IMG/VR virus record: IMGVR_UViG_2541047728_000005
From: a virus
Taxonomy: Duplodnaviria; Heunggongvirae; Uroviricota; Caudoviricetes
Reading direction: 5' to 3' (one strand)
DNA length: 47,804 nt
Position numbers and translations under genes: made by a program. Within the stretch, counting starts at the first letter, position 1. Every line of letters begins with the position of its first letter. Shown piece after piece: positions 36,443 through 44,730 of this stretch. The notes under the pieces were generated by a model that did not search any database, had not been told where the DNA came from, and saw nothing but the letters and a program-made list of their open reading frames with translations.

Positions 36443-36634
36443 ATGACAAACTTACCCCATGACTATTACGTCAACCTCGTAAAGATCCTTCTCAAGAAAG
36501 CCTCATACGCCGATAAATTCCGCCTAGCTGAAATCATCGAGCGCGAAGCTATGCGCATCGCCAGCAACGATAACGCTGTTTCTGACGCAAAAATCTCCCT
36601 CGTAACCAAAGTAGTTATGGGAGGTGCAAAATGA
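36443..36634 (+). CDS. Small protein preceding antirepressor (icd-like position)
   Basis: 63-aa ORF overlapping start of antirepressor gene (ATGA); AAGGGA RBS. Confidence 0.45.
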   Translation: MTNLPHDYYVNLVKILLKKASYADKFRLAEIIEREAMRIASNDNAVSDAKISLVTKVVMGGAK

Positions 36635-37773
36635 AAACGCTTCCGACCGTTAACACCCTACAGCCTATCTTGCATAACCAGATCCCCGTTATTACAACTG
36701 AACTTCTGGCGCAGTTATACGGAACAAAAATCAAAAACATTTCTGATAACTTTCTGAACAACACGACGCGATTCATAGCCGGAAAGCATTACTTTAAAAT
36801 TGAAAAAAACGAATTACGCGAGTTCAAGAACAGACCTGAAACAATCGGGTTAGTTGGTAAAAATGCCCGCTCCCTCATTCTCTGGACAGAACGCGGGGCT
36901 GCACGTCACGCCAAAATGCTCGAAACCGATCAGGCGTGGGATGTATTCGAACGGCTGGAAGACTGCTATTTCAGCCAGAACGCGCAAACGGCCGCGACCG
37001 TAACCGTCTCGCCAAACAATGCTCGTGAGGTTGTCGATACGCTCAACGCCAAACCGATGTTTTACATTAAAGTGTGCAACAACGAGCCACTCACAACCTC
37101 AGCCGATGTTGCCCAAGCATTCAGCACCACAAACAATTCCATCGTTATGGCCATCGATGCGCTACGCATTCCTCGCACGGCTGCGGCGCGTCACTTCTTT
37201 AAAGAGCAACGACCGCTGGAAGGAAGCGACCGCGAAATAACAATCTATCGCATGACAAAAGACGGATTTACCTTGCTCATGGAGAGCATCGACGGTCCAA
37301 GCGTGAAAGATATCAAGCTGGCCTACATTGAAGCCTTTAACGCTATCAGCAGCGTGTTAAAAACACAGTACGAGCGTGATCTGGCTAAACGACTGTACCA
37401 GGAAAAAACGATTATCCGCGCGGCAACAGAGCATAATCGGCTATTAACGGAACCGAACTACAGGAAGGAACTAATCAAGGCGTTTGACAAGGCAACAGGG
37501 AAAACCAAAGCGGCGCTAAATCTGCCAGCAATGACTCAGGAAAATGTGATATCAGCCTTACTTCTTGATCTGCTCAGAAACGCCAGAGCACTTATCAGCT
37601 TTGACGAAAACCTGAATCCTCAGCTCAAGCTACTACCACCGACAGGCAAAGTAGTCGACCAAGCTGATCACAACAGCATACTCAGCGTACTGGATGCAAA
37701 CCTGCCAGCCAAGACACTACAGGATCTGATAAAAACATGTGCTGATAAGCTGGCACAGAAAAGCAGACCATAA
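36631..37773 (+). CDS. Antirepressor-like protein (ORF6N/KilA-N-type N-terminal domain)
   Basis: 380 aa; N-terminal ITTELLAQLYGTKIKNISDNFLNNTTRFIAGKHYFKIEKNELREFK...LWTERGAARHAKMLETDQAWDVFERLEDCYF matches ORF6N-type antirepressor pattern. Confidence 0.65.
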   Translation: MKTLPTVNTLQPILHNQIPVITTELLAQLYGTKIKNISDNFLNNTTRFIAGKHYFKIEKNELREFKNRPETIGLVGKNARSLILWTERGAARHAKMLETDQAWDVFERLEDCYFSQNAQTAATVTVSPNNAREVVDTLNAKPMFYIKVCNNEPLTTSADVAQAFSTTNNSIVMAIDALRIPRTAAARHFFKEQRPLEGSDREITIYRMTKDGFTLLMESIDGPSVKDIKLAYIEAFNAISSVLKTQYERDLAKRLYQEKTIIRAATEHNRLLTEPNYRKELIKAFDKATGKTKAALNLPAMTQENVISALLLDLLRNARALISFDENLNPQLKLLPPTGKVVDQADHNSILSVLDANLPAKTLQDLIKTCADKLAQKSRP

Positions 37774-37778
37774 CTACA

Positions 37779-37797
37779 AGGGGCTACGGCCCCTTAC
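37779..37797 (+). terminator. Terminator hairpin after antirepressor gene
   Basis: aggggc-tac-ggcccct followed by T-rich tactcttttctctctt. Confidence 0.5.
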
Positions 37798-38507
37798 TCT
37801 TTTCTCTCTTATCAACGCCAGAGACTTTCTGAAAATCCTTCCGAATAGCGTCAGCATCACGCGCCAAGCCCATACTGGAACGCGTCGCCATATGACGAAA
37901 ATGATCAACTGCCGGAAACAAAGAAATAATGGACCCAATAGCTTGCAGCAAACTCGCTTTTCTACGCATCATAATTCCACCATAACCGATAACCACCCTT
38001 CAGACACAACCCCCCCTCCCCCCATACAGGGTGCCCTTTACCGGAGTTCCGGCCCCTTCTCAAAAGCATCAAAAAAAGCTCGAGATCGAGTACCGGAACT
38101 CATGCCACCAGATAGCTCCACATTGTTTCCAATGCTTCGCCGCCGTGTGCGCCCTGTGGCCCACAATCATGCCATTGGTCGTCTGATATACCTTCTTCTG
38201 CTCATAGAGCACAGGCGAGTTGTCGCACTCCTGCCTTTCTCAGACTCGACTTAGTTTAGATCGCTGTTCCTGGCTTGCGTCAGCACACTTTCCCCTTGTA
38301 CGCATACCCGCGCGCCACTTCGCCCAAAAACACCGAACCCAACGAAGTGGCAAAGACAACGACGCGAGCGTGAGTCTGAAATGGGCACCAGTAAAAAAGG
38401 GGTTGCAGGCGCAAAAAGATTTGATTATCTTTAGACGCAAGAAAGCCGCCCCAATCAAGAGGTGTCTTTTTAAATCCAGCCTACCAAGCAAGATTTAAAT
38501 TTCAGAC

Positions 38508-38535
38508 TGAAAACCGCCCGGCAAGGCGGTTTTTG
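38508..38535 (+). terminator. Rho-independent terminator (plus strand) at end of coding-poor structured region
   Basis: AACCGCC-cggcaa-GGCGGTT followed by TTTGTCTTT. Confidence 0.55.
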
Positions 38536-38594
38536 TCTTTCTGGCGCTTACATTACACCACCATAAAACGATCCGTAAAGGATCATTTGATCCC

Positions 38595-38855
38595 TTATTC
38601 CAATTCTGACGACACTTTAACCTTTTCCCATACAAGGGTTTGCAGCCTTAACAGAATCACATCTTTATCAAGGTGTGAAAGATCCTTAACCATATCGTCA
38701 AACGACAGAACGCGAATGGCCATCTCAATGACCCTCGGCGGCTCACCCTTCTCATATCGCTTATATGTAGCCAACGATATCCCAAACTCTTCGGCGGCTC
38801 GCTCCTGCGTCCAGTTCATCCCACGACGCCATAATTTCAATTCGTAACCCGTCAT
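38595..38855 (-). CDS. XRE-family HTH transcriptional regulator
   Basis: 86 aa; WTQERAAEEFGISLATYKRYEKG HTH motif. Confidence 0.65.
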   Translation of the reverse strand: MTGYELKLWRRGMNWTQERAAEEFGISLATYKRYEKGEPPRVIEMAIRVLSFDDMVKDLSHLDKDVILLRLQTLVWEKVKVSSELE

Positions 38856-38956
38856 TACATCCTCTACCTTTCCCTAGATATTCAATAAATTAGACATAGC
38901 CACTCACGACAAAATAAGATGTATTAACAATCCAATCTTTAGGCTTTAGGTAAAAA

Positions 38957-39382
38957 ATGAGTTCATCTGCTTTTGTCACCGTGGTCACTGGTGTAAGTGT
39001 TTTTGTTCTAGGCCAACTCATCGTCAAAGGAGCTATTGAGCCTTACATTTCATTCAGGGAACAGCTAGGGAAAATATCCAATCTGTTATTGTGTAACCAA
39101 GCAAAAATAGTGAATCCTGGCTCGAACTTAAAGCCAGAAATCATTCATGATCTAAAAGATTCCGCAGCACAGTTAATGGCGAAATATTCCACTTTACCTT
39201 TCTATATCAAAAAGTTACATATCGGCTTTCGTCTTGTTCCATCAGCCACCGAGATTCTTGGGGCAGCTCAAAATTTGAACTATATAGCGTCAATACATGA
39301 AGGTAAGACTGGGGAGAATCCATCTAAGCATCTCGAAGAGATTGGCCATATGCTCAAAATACCAACTACCTATTCAAGCTAA
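38957..39382 (+). CDS. Membrane-anchored hypothetical protein (N-terminal TM helix), divergent from HTH regulator
   Basis: 141-aa AT-rich ORF; N-terminal SAFVTVVTGVSVFVLGQLIV hydrophobic helix. Confidence 0.45.
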   Translation: MSSSAFVTVVTGVSVFVLGQLIVKGAIEPYISFREQLGKISNLLLCNQAKIVNPGSNLKPEIIHDLKDSAAQLMAKYSTLPFYIKKLHIGFRLVPSATEILGAAQNLNYIASIHEGKTGENPSKHLEEIGHMLKIPTTYSS

Positions 39383-39451
39383 CCCAATGTAAGTTATCGG
39401 CTTGCCCCACAATAAGTTATCTATCTTCAAACGCCCCCTATATTAACACTC

Positions 39452-39476
39452 GCAAAGTGTCATTTTGACACTTTGC
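39452..39476. terminator. Perfect 11-bp inverted repeat between convergent genes
   Basis: GCAAAGTGTCA-ttt-TGACACTTTGC. Confidence 0.4.
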
Positions 39477-39485
39477 GCATTGTGT

Positions 39486-39866
39486 TTACTTAACGAGGAA
39501 TAAAAATGGTTTATCGTTCGGCGGTGTAATCGGGGCTGGCTCGCTTTTGCTCATGCGATCAGTGTACCAGGCCAACTCCTTGTCAAAGTAAGCCTGATTA
39601 AAATAGGCCATGAATGTGGTTTCAAATCCATAACGACCGCTAATACGGAGCATCTGATTGCCGTTCTCTGTTTCCAGATATACCTGGGCACGTTCCTGAT
39701 TCTCCTTCAGCCAGGTTAAAGCCTCATCGCACGAGGACAAACGATACTCATCATCGTAGCCGTCATCGATGCGGCTTGAAGAAGAACGGCAAATCACGCC
39801 AACAGAACCAGCCAGGATAGTTTGAATTTTAAGGAAAGCGTTTTTGCGGATTTTAATCATGCTCAT
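39486..39866 (-). CDS. Hypothetical protein with N-terminal signal-like hydrophobic segment, first gene behind cassette copy 3
   Basis: 126-aa ORF; ATG preceded by conserved CCGGAGATAACCCG leader. Confidence 0.45.
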   Translation of the reverse strand: MSMIKIRKNAFLKIQTILAGSVGVICRSSSSRIDDGYDDEYRLSSCDEALTWLKENQERAQVYLETENGNQMLRISGRYGFETTFMAYFNQAYFDKELAWYTDRMSKSEPAPITPPNDKPFLFLVK

Positions 39867-39874
39867 CGGGTTAT

Positions 39875-39985
39875 CTCCGGTTTAACCAGGGCGGGTATCG
39901 CTCGGTTTCGGGTATAACCTTAGGAAATTTTTTCCCACCTGTAAAGCACTTTTTATATAAATCTATAATTATATAATTCTATGAG
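39875..39985 (-). promoter_or_regulatory. Conserved promoter-leader cassette, copy 3, with TATA-rich array
   Basis: Near-identical to 23458..23562 and 30406..30520 (single a/t difference in 'aaccttagg'). Confidence 0.6.
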
Positions 39986-39988
39986 CGC

Positions 39989-40013
39989 AAAAAAGCCCCT
40001 TTGCAACAGGGGC
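39989..40013 (-). terminator. Rho-independent terminator after higA
   Basis: Minus strand GCCCCT-gttgcaa-AGGGGC followed by TTTTTT. Confidence 0.65.
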
Positions 40014-40029
40014 TTATCATTCGTTCTGA

Positions 40030-40329
40030 TCAGATGTTAAACGCTATTCGTTTTCCTGTGGGAAGCTCAACATCCAGGCTTAATTTGCCTCCCATAGCTT
40101 CAACGTAACGCTTTAATGTCGCCAGCTTTAAATCATTTCCGCGCTGCTCCAGCTTTGTTACTGCTGGCTGGCTTATACCCATCGCCTCAGCAACCTGTTT
40201 TTGTGATAACTGGAGTTCTTCACGCATCATCTGCAAGCCGACCTCAAGAATCATCTCATCTGCCATTTCTTTAATTCGCGCCTGGCTTTCAGGTGAACGG
40301 CTGGCAATCGCCTCATCTAATGTTCTCAT
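40030..40329 (-). CDS. higA: HigA-like antitoxin (XRE HTH)
   Basis: 99 aa; HTH LSQKQVAEAMGISQPAVTKLEQ; directly downstream of and overlapping toxin gene. Confidence 0.7.
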   Translation of the reverse strand: MRTLDEAIASRSPESQARIKEMADEMILEVGLQMMREELQLSQKQVAEAMGISQPAVTKLEQRGNDLKLATLKRYVEAMGGKLSLDVELPTGKRIAFNI

Positions 40330-40682
40330 TACTTGCTCTCCAGTGTGTTCAGATGTGCTGCAAACTCATCCTCAGCTATACGCACCAGTTTTTCATAAAA
40401 CCGCTTATCGTTACTTTTGTCTCCTGCACAAAGAACGATGGCCCGGCGAATCGGATCGAACGCATAAAAGGCTCTTATCGGACGGCCAGAAAACTGAACG
40501 CGAAGCTCTTTCATATTTTTGTACCGAGAACCTTTTACGGTATCGGCATATGGCCTGGGTAACTCAGGTCCGTAAACCTGTAGCTTTTTCAAATCAGCCA
40601 AAACCTTTTCCTGAAGAGCGTCTTCTTGCTCATTTAGCCAGTCGTCAAATCGCTGGCTAAAAAGTACCGTCCACATGCTCAA
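40329..40682 (-). CDS. higB: HigB-like toxin (RelE/ParE superfamily, Gp49-like addiction module killer)
   Basis: 117 aa; toxin-first order with XRE antitoxin; pattern ...DWLNEQ...KNMKELRVQFSGRPIRAFYAFDPIRRAIVLCAGDK. Confidence 0.7.
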   Translation of the reverse strand: MSMWTVLFSQRFDDWLNEQEDALQEKVLADLKKLQVYGPELPRPYADTVKGSRYKNMKELRVQFSGRPIRAFYAFDPIRRAIVLCAGDKSNDKRFYEKLVRIAEDEFAAHLNTLESK

Positions 40683-40686
40683 TCCT

Positions 40687-40732
40687 ATAACCTGTAGTTT
40701 ATATCACTAACTATATAACCTGTGAGTTATAA
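40687..40732. promoter_or_regulatory. Tandem palindromic operators upstream of higBA
   Basis: tataacctgtagtttata and tataacctgtgagttataa. Confidence 0.5.
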
Positions 40733-40920
40733 TTTCAAGAAAAACGGGGCTATTTAACATAATGGACGTTATCGGCACCACCGGATCACCGTTCATTGTC
40801 GGATCTAAAAAATCCGCTCAAAAGATCATGTTTTCCTGGGCGTTTTCCACCGTTTTTTATGTTGCTTATTTGTTAATGAAATCTCGTTTTCAGTTTCGCC
40901 TCATTTTCGACGCGAAAGCC

Positions 40921-41211
40921 CTATTTTTGTGACTTTACTCCTGGCATATGGACTTCCCAGCGACGAATCCCCATAGCTGCGCAAAAATCAGCCACATAAT
41001 TCAATCCCGCCCATTCGCGGATACCACCACGGGCTTTTTCAATGAAAACGGCAATCCCTTTTTTATTGAGAGCAAAAAGCCGCCAGCTTTTTGTCACTTC
41101 GTCCTGGGTAGCCACAACACAAGTGAAAGCTCCCATGCGATACAGGTCCAAGAACTCTTTGCGTGTTTTGCGTACAAGTTCCATAACAAACCTCATATTT
41201 GCATGTTTCAA
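40921..41211 (-). CDS. Hypothetical protein
   Basis: 96-aa ORF downstream of replication region. Confidence 0.35.
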   Translation of the reverse strand: MKHANMRFVMELVRKTRKEFLDLYRMGAFTCVVATQDEVTKSWRLFALNKKGIAVFIEKARGGIREWAGLNYVADFCAAMGIRRWEVHMPGVKSQK

Positions 41212-41507
41212 ACATCTGTTTTGTTATCAATGAAGATTAACCCTAACCCAGCGAAGTAACACAGCAGCGCCCAGGCTGCATACGGAATGCTGGATCTGGA
41301 TGTGGACTCCTTTAACATCTGCCAGTTGCGAACATTGCGACTATCTTTTAAGCCTAGTTTTTTGGCTAACTGCGAGCCGCTCATTCCGGTCAGGCCAATG
41401 ACTGCCCGAACTTCTCCACATGTAGGAGATTCCCATTCATCCGCTTTTTTTAAACAAGCCGGATTCAACATTTTTAAAACAGTATCTTTATCCATAACCA
41501 TCTCCAT
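41208..41507 (-). CDS. Putative HTH DNA-binding protein
   Basis: 99 aa with IGLTGMSGSQLAKKLGLKDSRNVRNW HTH-like segment. Confidence 0.4.
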   Translation of the reverse strand: MEMVMDKDTVLKMLNPACLKKADEWESPTCGEVRAVIGLTGMSGSQLAKKLGLKDSRNVRNWQMLKESTSRSSIPYAAWALLCYFAGLGLIFIDNKTDV

Positions 41508-41859
41508 TTATTATATCTACGATGGTAGGAAATCTTTTCCTATGTGGCAATAGAAATTTACTACATTGCGTATAAGACAAGTTTTCTATGTCTAATAGGA
41601 AATGATGTTTCTTACATTTTATCGCGTTCTGATGGCTACTGTGTGCGTATTTATCGACGTTTATTGATAAGGCTCGCCCCTTCCTCCTGCAAAGCCCGGC
41701 CGTAGGCCTTATTTCGGCCTTATATAAATTGATTTTGTATAGTTCGAAACGTGCCGTTTCGAAAAGGATGATCAGGCTGCTCCATGCCTCCGGCAAGTGC
41801 CGGAGGAGGTATATTTGAGCGTAGCGACTCGAACCGGCGCGAGCTTTAGCTCGCTGCAA

Positions 41860-42138
41860 GGGCGAACATATTCACAGGCAAAGCCTGCGTAAGTTAAATA
41901 AAGAAAGTCTTAATAAAAGAAAGTGATTTTGCATTTATTTGTTTAGTGCATCTATTATAAAAAACCATTTGCATATACATATCAGAACTGTGGATAACTT
42001 TATTAGCCGATGCCTGTAAAGGCGATATTTTTGCTGTGTTCAGGTTTAGAGAAAATTAATTTAGATTGTTTTTTGAACAGATATTTTATTGCGACGTAGA
42101 TAATCCTCCGGTAAAACCGGATTCATCATTCAGGTGGG
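41860..42138. other. Candidate plasmid origin region downstream of repA (AT-rich, DnaA box TTATCCACA at 41989..41997 on minus strand)
   Basis: Perfect DnaA box consensus; location immediately 3' of repA as in IncFII oriR; flanking hairpins at 41746..41762, 41781..41804, 41841..41856. Confidence 0.45.
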
Positions 42139-43119
42139 TTAATGTTGGAGTGATTTCCAGGTCTTTCTTAACCTGTTATAACGCTGCTCAACGAGGGATC
42201 GTAAATATGCAAGGTCAGCACCAGGATACATGCCATCAGCAAATTCCTGACTAACCTCTCTGGTGATTTGATGACGAAGTTCGGCCTCTCCCTTTTCCCG
42301 AACAAGACGCGCAGCTCTCTCCGCTGCTTTCTGTTTTGCCTTTATCTCTCTGGCCGTCTTCCTCTGACGCCATACATTCTCCATCTGCTCCTGAATAACA
42401 ATACGCTTATAATCAGCCTCCGTTATCGCTTTTTTAAGCCGTTCGCTATTCTTCGCATTGAAGTAATTAAGTTTCTGGCTAACCGCACGTCTCCATGCTT
42501 GTTCAGTAATACCAACGGTTTCCAGCAGTTGATCACGAATCTCTATTTTCGCTGGCCAATACTGTTTATTCACCCGATCCCAGCGACGTTCATAATCAAT
42601 AAAACCTAACGCTTTCAGTTGCGACAACGCCCTTGTACAGCGCGTTATAGACTTGTTCCCAGCTTCGGATACGGTAGACAGGCCGCAAAAATCAGCCAAC
42701 GCCTCAGCACTAGCCAGAACCCGCTTAGAAATGATGTTTACATGGTGCAAAATCGCAGCGATCACAGCATTAATCGCCCGACGACGATGCTCGTTTATCC
42801 GGCGCTTCCGCTCTGACGGTTGATTAACGTAGAACGCAACCTCACACGTAAGATCACGCCCATTAATGCGCTGTAAAGCATCAGATAACACCAGCGGCAG
42901 CTTGTGCGTATGGTGCTTTGGAGGCTGGAACTCCGGCGACAAATTACAAACGTAAGCTGAACGTAGAGACGGCATTGGTCTATCCATATGTTCGCTCTTG
43001 CGTCCACGGAAAACCAACGTATAATGGGAGTTGTCGAGGCGCCCATGGATTGTTGTTGTTGGTTTTCCGTGGATGTCGCAAGAAGCCCGCAGATTTATCT
43101 GCGGGCTTTTTGTTTCCAT
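42139..43119 (-). CDS. repA: Replication initiator RepA (IncFII RepA1 family); true start possibly internal Met at 42987
   Basis: Segment RRRAINAVIAAILHHVNIISKRVLASAEALADFCGLSTVSEAGNKSITRCTRALSQLKALGFIDYERRWD closely parallels my recollection of R100/R1 RepA1. Confidence 0.8.
   Translation of the reverse strand: METKSPQINLRASCDIHGKPTTTIHGRLDNSHYTLVFRGRKSEHMDRPMPSLRSAYVCNLSPEFQPPKHHTHKLPLVLSDALQRINGRDLTCEVAFYVNQPSERKRRINEHRRRAINAVIAAILHHVNIISKRVLASAEALADFCGLSTVSEAGNKSITRCTRALSQLKALGFIDYERRWDRVNKQYWPAKIEIRDQLLETVGITEQAWRRAVSQKLNYFNAKNSERLKKAITEADYKRIVIQEQMENVWRQRKTAREIKAKQKAAERAARLVREKGEAELRHQITREVSQEFADGMYPGADLAYLRSLVEQRYNRLRKTWKSLQH
43031..43112 (+). ncRNA. CopA-like antisense RNA candidate in repA leader
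   Basis: Plus-strand TTGCGT-N16-TATAAT (42998..43025) followed ~60 nt later by 11-bp GC hairpin agcccgcagat...atctgcgggct and TTTTTGTTT (43084..43115), antisense to repA 5' region. Confidence 0.5.
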
Positions 43120-43585
43120 ATCTGGTCACTTTCCAACCAGACACCCACAATCATAACCACGTTACGTGGTTTTAAGAGAACTCTACCACAACACTTTCGG
43201 TCATGCACGAAGTCTCTCACTGATCGAACGATAATCCACCAGTAAAAGGATCTAAATTGGATCTCGTTTTGCGAGCATCATACTACTGGCCTAACTCCAG
43301 TCAATGATTCCCAGCCAGAAACCTGCGGTAAACTCATCGTTCAGCAATATGCTGTCCGGCTTCAAAGATAAGGTGACATCATCCCTTAACAGCGCGGCCA
43401 GTTCAGTTAAAGGGCTGTTCTGATTTAATGCTGGCCACTCATACCTGGTAATAAGTGGTCAGTCTTAACACTCACTATTTGATTGCACCCGTGTTGACGA
43501 TTTGTTACTGGATATCAGACACGCTGGATAGCCAGTAGAAACATACCATTAAAATTATTACAATAATTGGTCACATGATTATCTT

Positions 43586-44149
43586 ATGCTGAATAATAAA
43601 GATATGAATATTAATGAACTTAAAGACTGTATTCACTATGAAGTAATCGGTAGCGAGCGTCCTTTCTCCTGGCGAAAGGCAATTGTTCGCGCAATAAAAC
43701 ATAGAAGGGTTCGTTATTTATTTTGGTGGCGCATAGCCAAATACCTTTTTGATAAAGGCGGATACTGTCGGAAGATTGCGGGAAAAATAGAACGTTTCAT
43801 TCTTGATAAATATAATGTAACAGTCCCTTTAACTGTAAATATAGGGAAAGGCTTTGATATTTCTTATCTCAACAGTGTTGTTATCGGTCACAAAGTAACA
43901 ATCGGTGAAAATTGTTCAATTAAGCCCGGAGTAACTATTGGACTTCGCGGGGAATTTAATGATATGGATATTGTTATAGGGCATAATGTGACCATTGGTT
44001 GTAATGCCACCATTCTTGGTGGCAAAGTGCGTATAGGAAACAATGTCACAATAGGTGCTCATGCATTGGTATTGCATGATATTCCTGATGATTCAACATT
44101 CATCACTAAATTTCAGTCTGAAGTTATCTGCTCGTCCTCCCGAACATAA
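43586..44149 (+). CDS. Hexapeptide-repeat (left-handed beta-helix) acetyltransferase, moron-like
   Basis: 187 aa with tandem [LIV]-G-x-x-x-x-I-G repeats ([21 protein letters not shown]...[32 protein letters not shown]); AT-rich; convergent with and overlapping 3' end of tfa. Confidence 0.8.
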   Translation: MLNNKDMNINELKDCIHYEVIGSERPFSWRKAIVRAIKHRRVRYLFWWRIAKYLFDKGGYCRKIAGKIERFILDKYNVTVPLTVNIGKGFDISYLNSVVIGHKVTIGENCSIKPGVTIGLRGEFNDMDIVIGHNVTIGCNATILGGKVRIGNNVTIGAHALVLHDIPDDSTFITKFQSEVICSSSRT

Positions 44150-44730
44150 CCCTGATTCATCAGCTCTGGCCATACGATATCCGGAGCTGTACTGGTGTCA
44201 ATTCTACTCACTAATACTCTGTATTTTCTCCAGGAATCCAGTTGTGAATTTTCCTCGTTTGTTGCTATTTCAAGATTAACTGCATCCTGCAGAATTGCGA
44301 TGTTATCTGTTGCTTCCTGGATCAACCTTGCCTTTTTCTCTTCCGCTTCCCGTATCCGAAACAGTTTTTCTGCTTCCTCATCATTCACCCAGGATACGCC
44401 GTCCCACTTCTGATACTCCCCTGCTGGCGACAACCAGGTGACATTCTCTGGTAGCGGTCCGAGTTCAGAAATAAACAATGCGTCCCCCGACGCCACGTCA
44501 TAGACCGTTTTACCACGATGGTCTTCAACAATATTCCACGATTCATTTTCACTGTTAAAAACTGCCACAAAGCCAGCAGGAATTTCCGGTGGGGCGATAT
44601 CTGTAGAATTAGCTGGCAGCCCTGTATGAGGTGGAATATATGCGTCACCTTCACCAATAAACTCATTAGTTCCGGCCAGCAGGTTATAAATTTTTACGGT
44701 ACGTGATTGTTCACTCATTCTGAATGCCAT
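44113..44730 (-). CDS. Tail fibre assembly protein (Tfa family)
   Basis: 205 aa beginning [58 protein letters not shown], closely resembling E. coli prophage Tfa proteins; TAATG overlap with fibre gene. Confidence 0.85.
   Translation of the reverse strand: MAFRMSEQSRTVKIYNLLAGTNEFIGEGDAYIPPHTGLPANSTDIAPPEIPAGFVAVFNSENESWNIVEDHRGKTVYDVASGDALFISELGPLPENVTWLSPAGEYQKWDGVSWVNDEEAEKLFRIREAEEKKARLIQEATDNIAILQDAVNLEIATNEENSQLDSWRKYRVLVSRIDTSTAPDIVWPELMNQGYVREDEQITSD

Noticed and set aside
37739-38254. 171-aa plus-strand ORF after the antirepressor
   Set aside because: Low-complexity, Pro/Ser/Arg-rich translation overlapping ORFs on the other strand and crossing a terminator hairpin; more likely non-coding.
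42988-43119. N-terminal 44 codons of the repA ORF as part of RepA
   Set aside because: Probably leader or tap-like sequence, since RepA1-like similarity begins near MDRPMP and the antisense promoter and hairpin lie in this stretch. The full ORF is still listed as a feature because the start was not verified.
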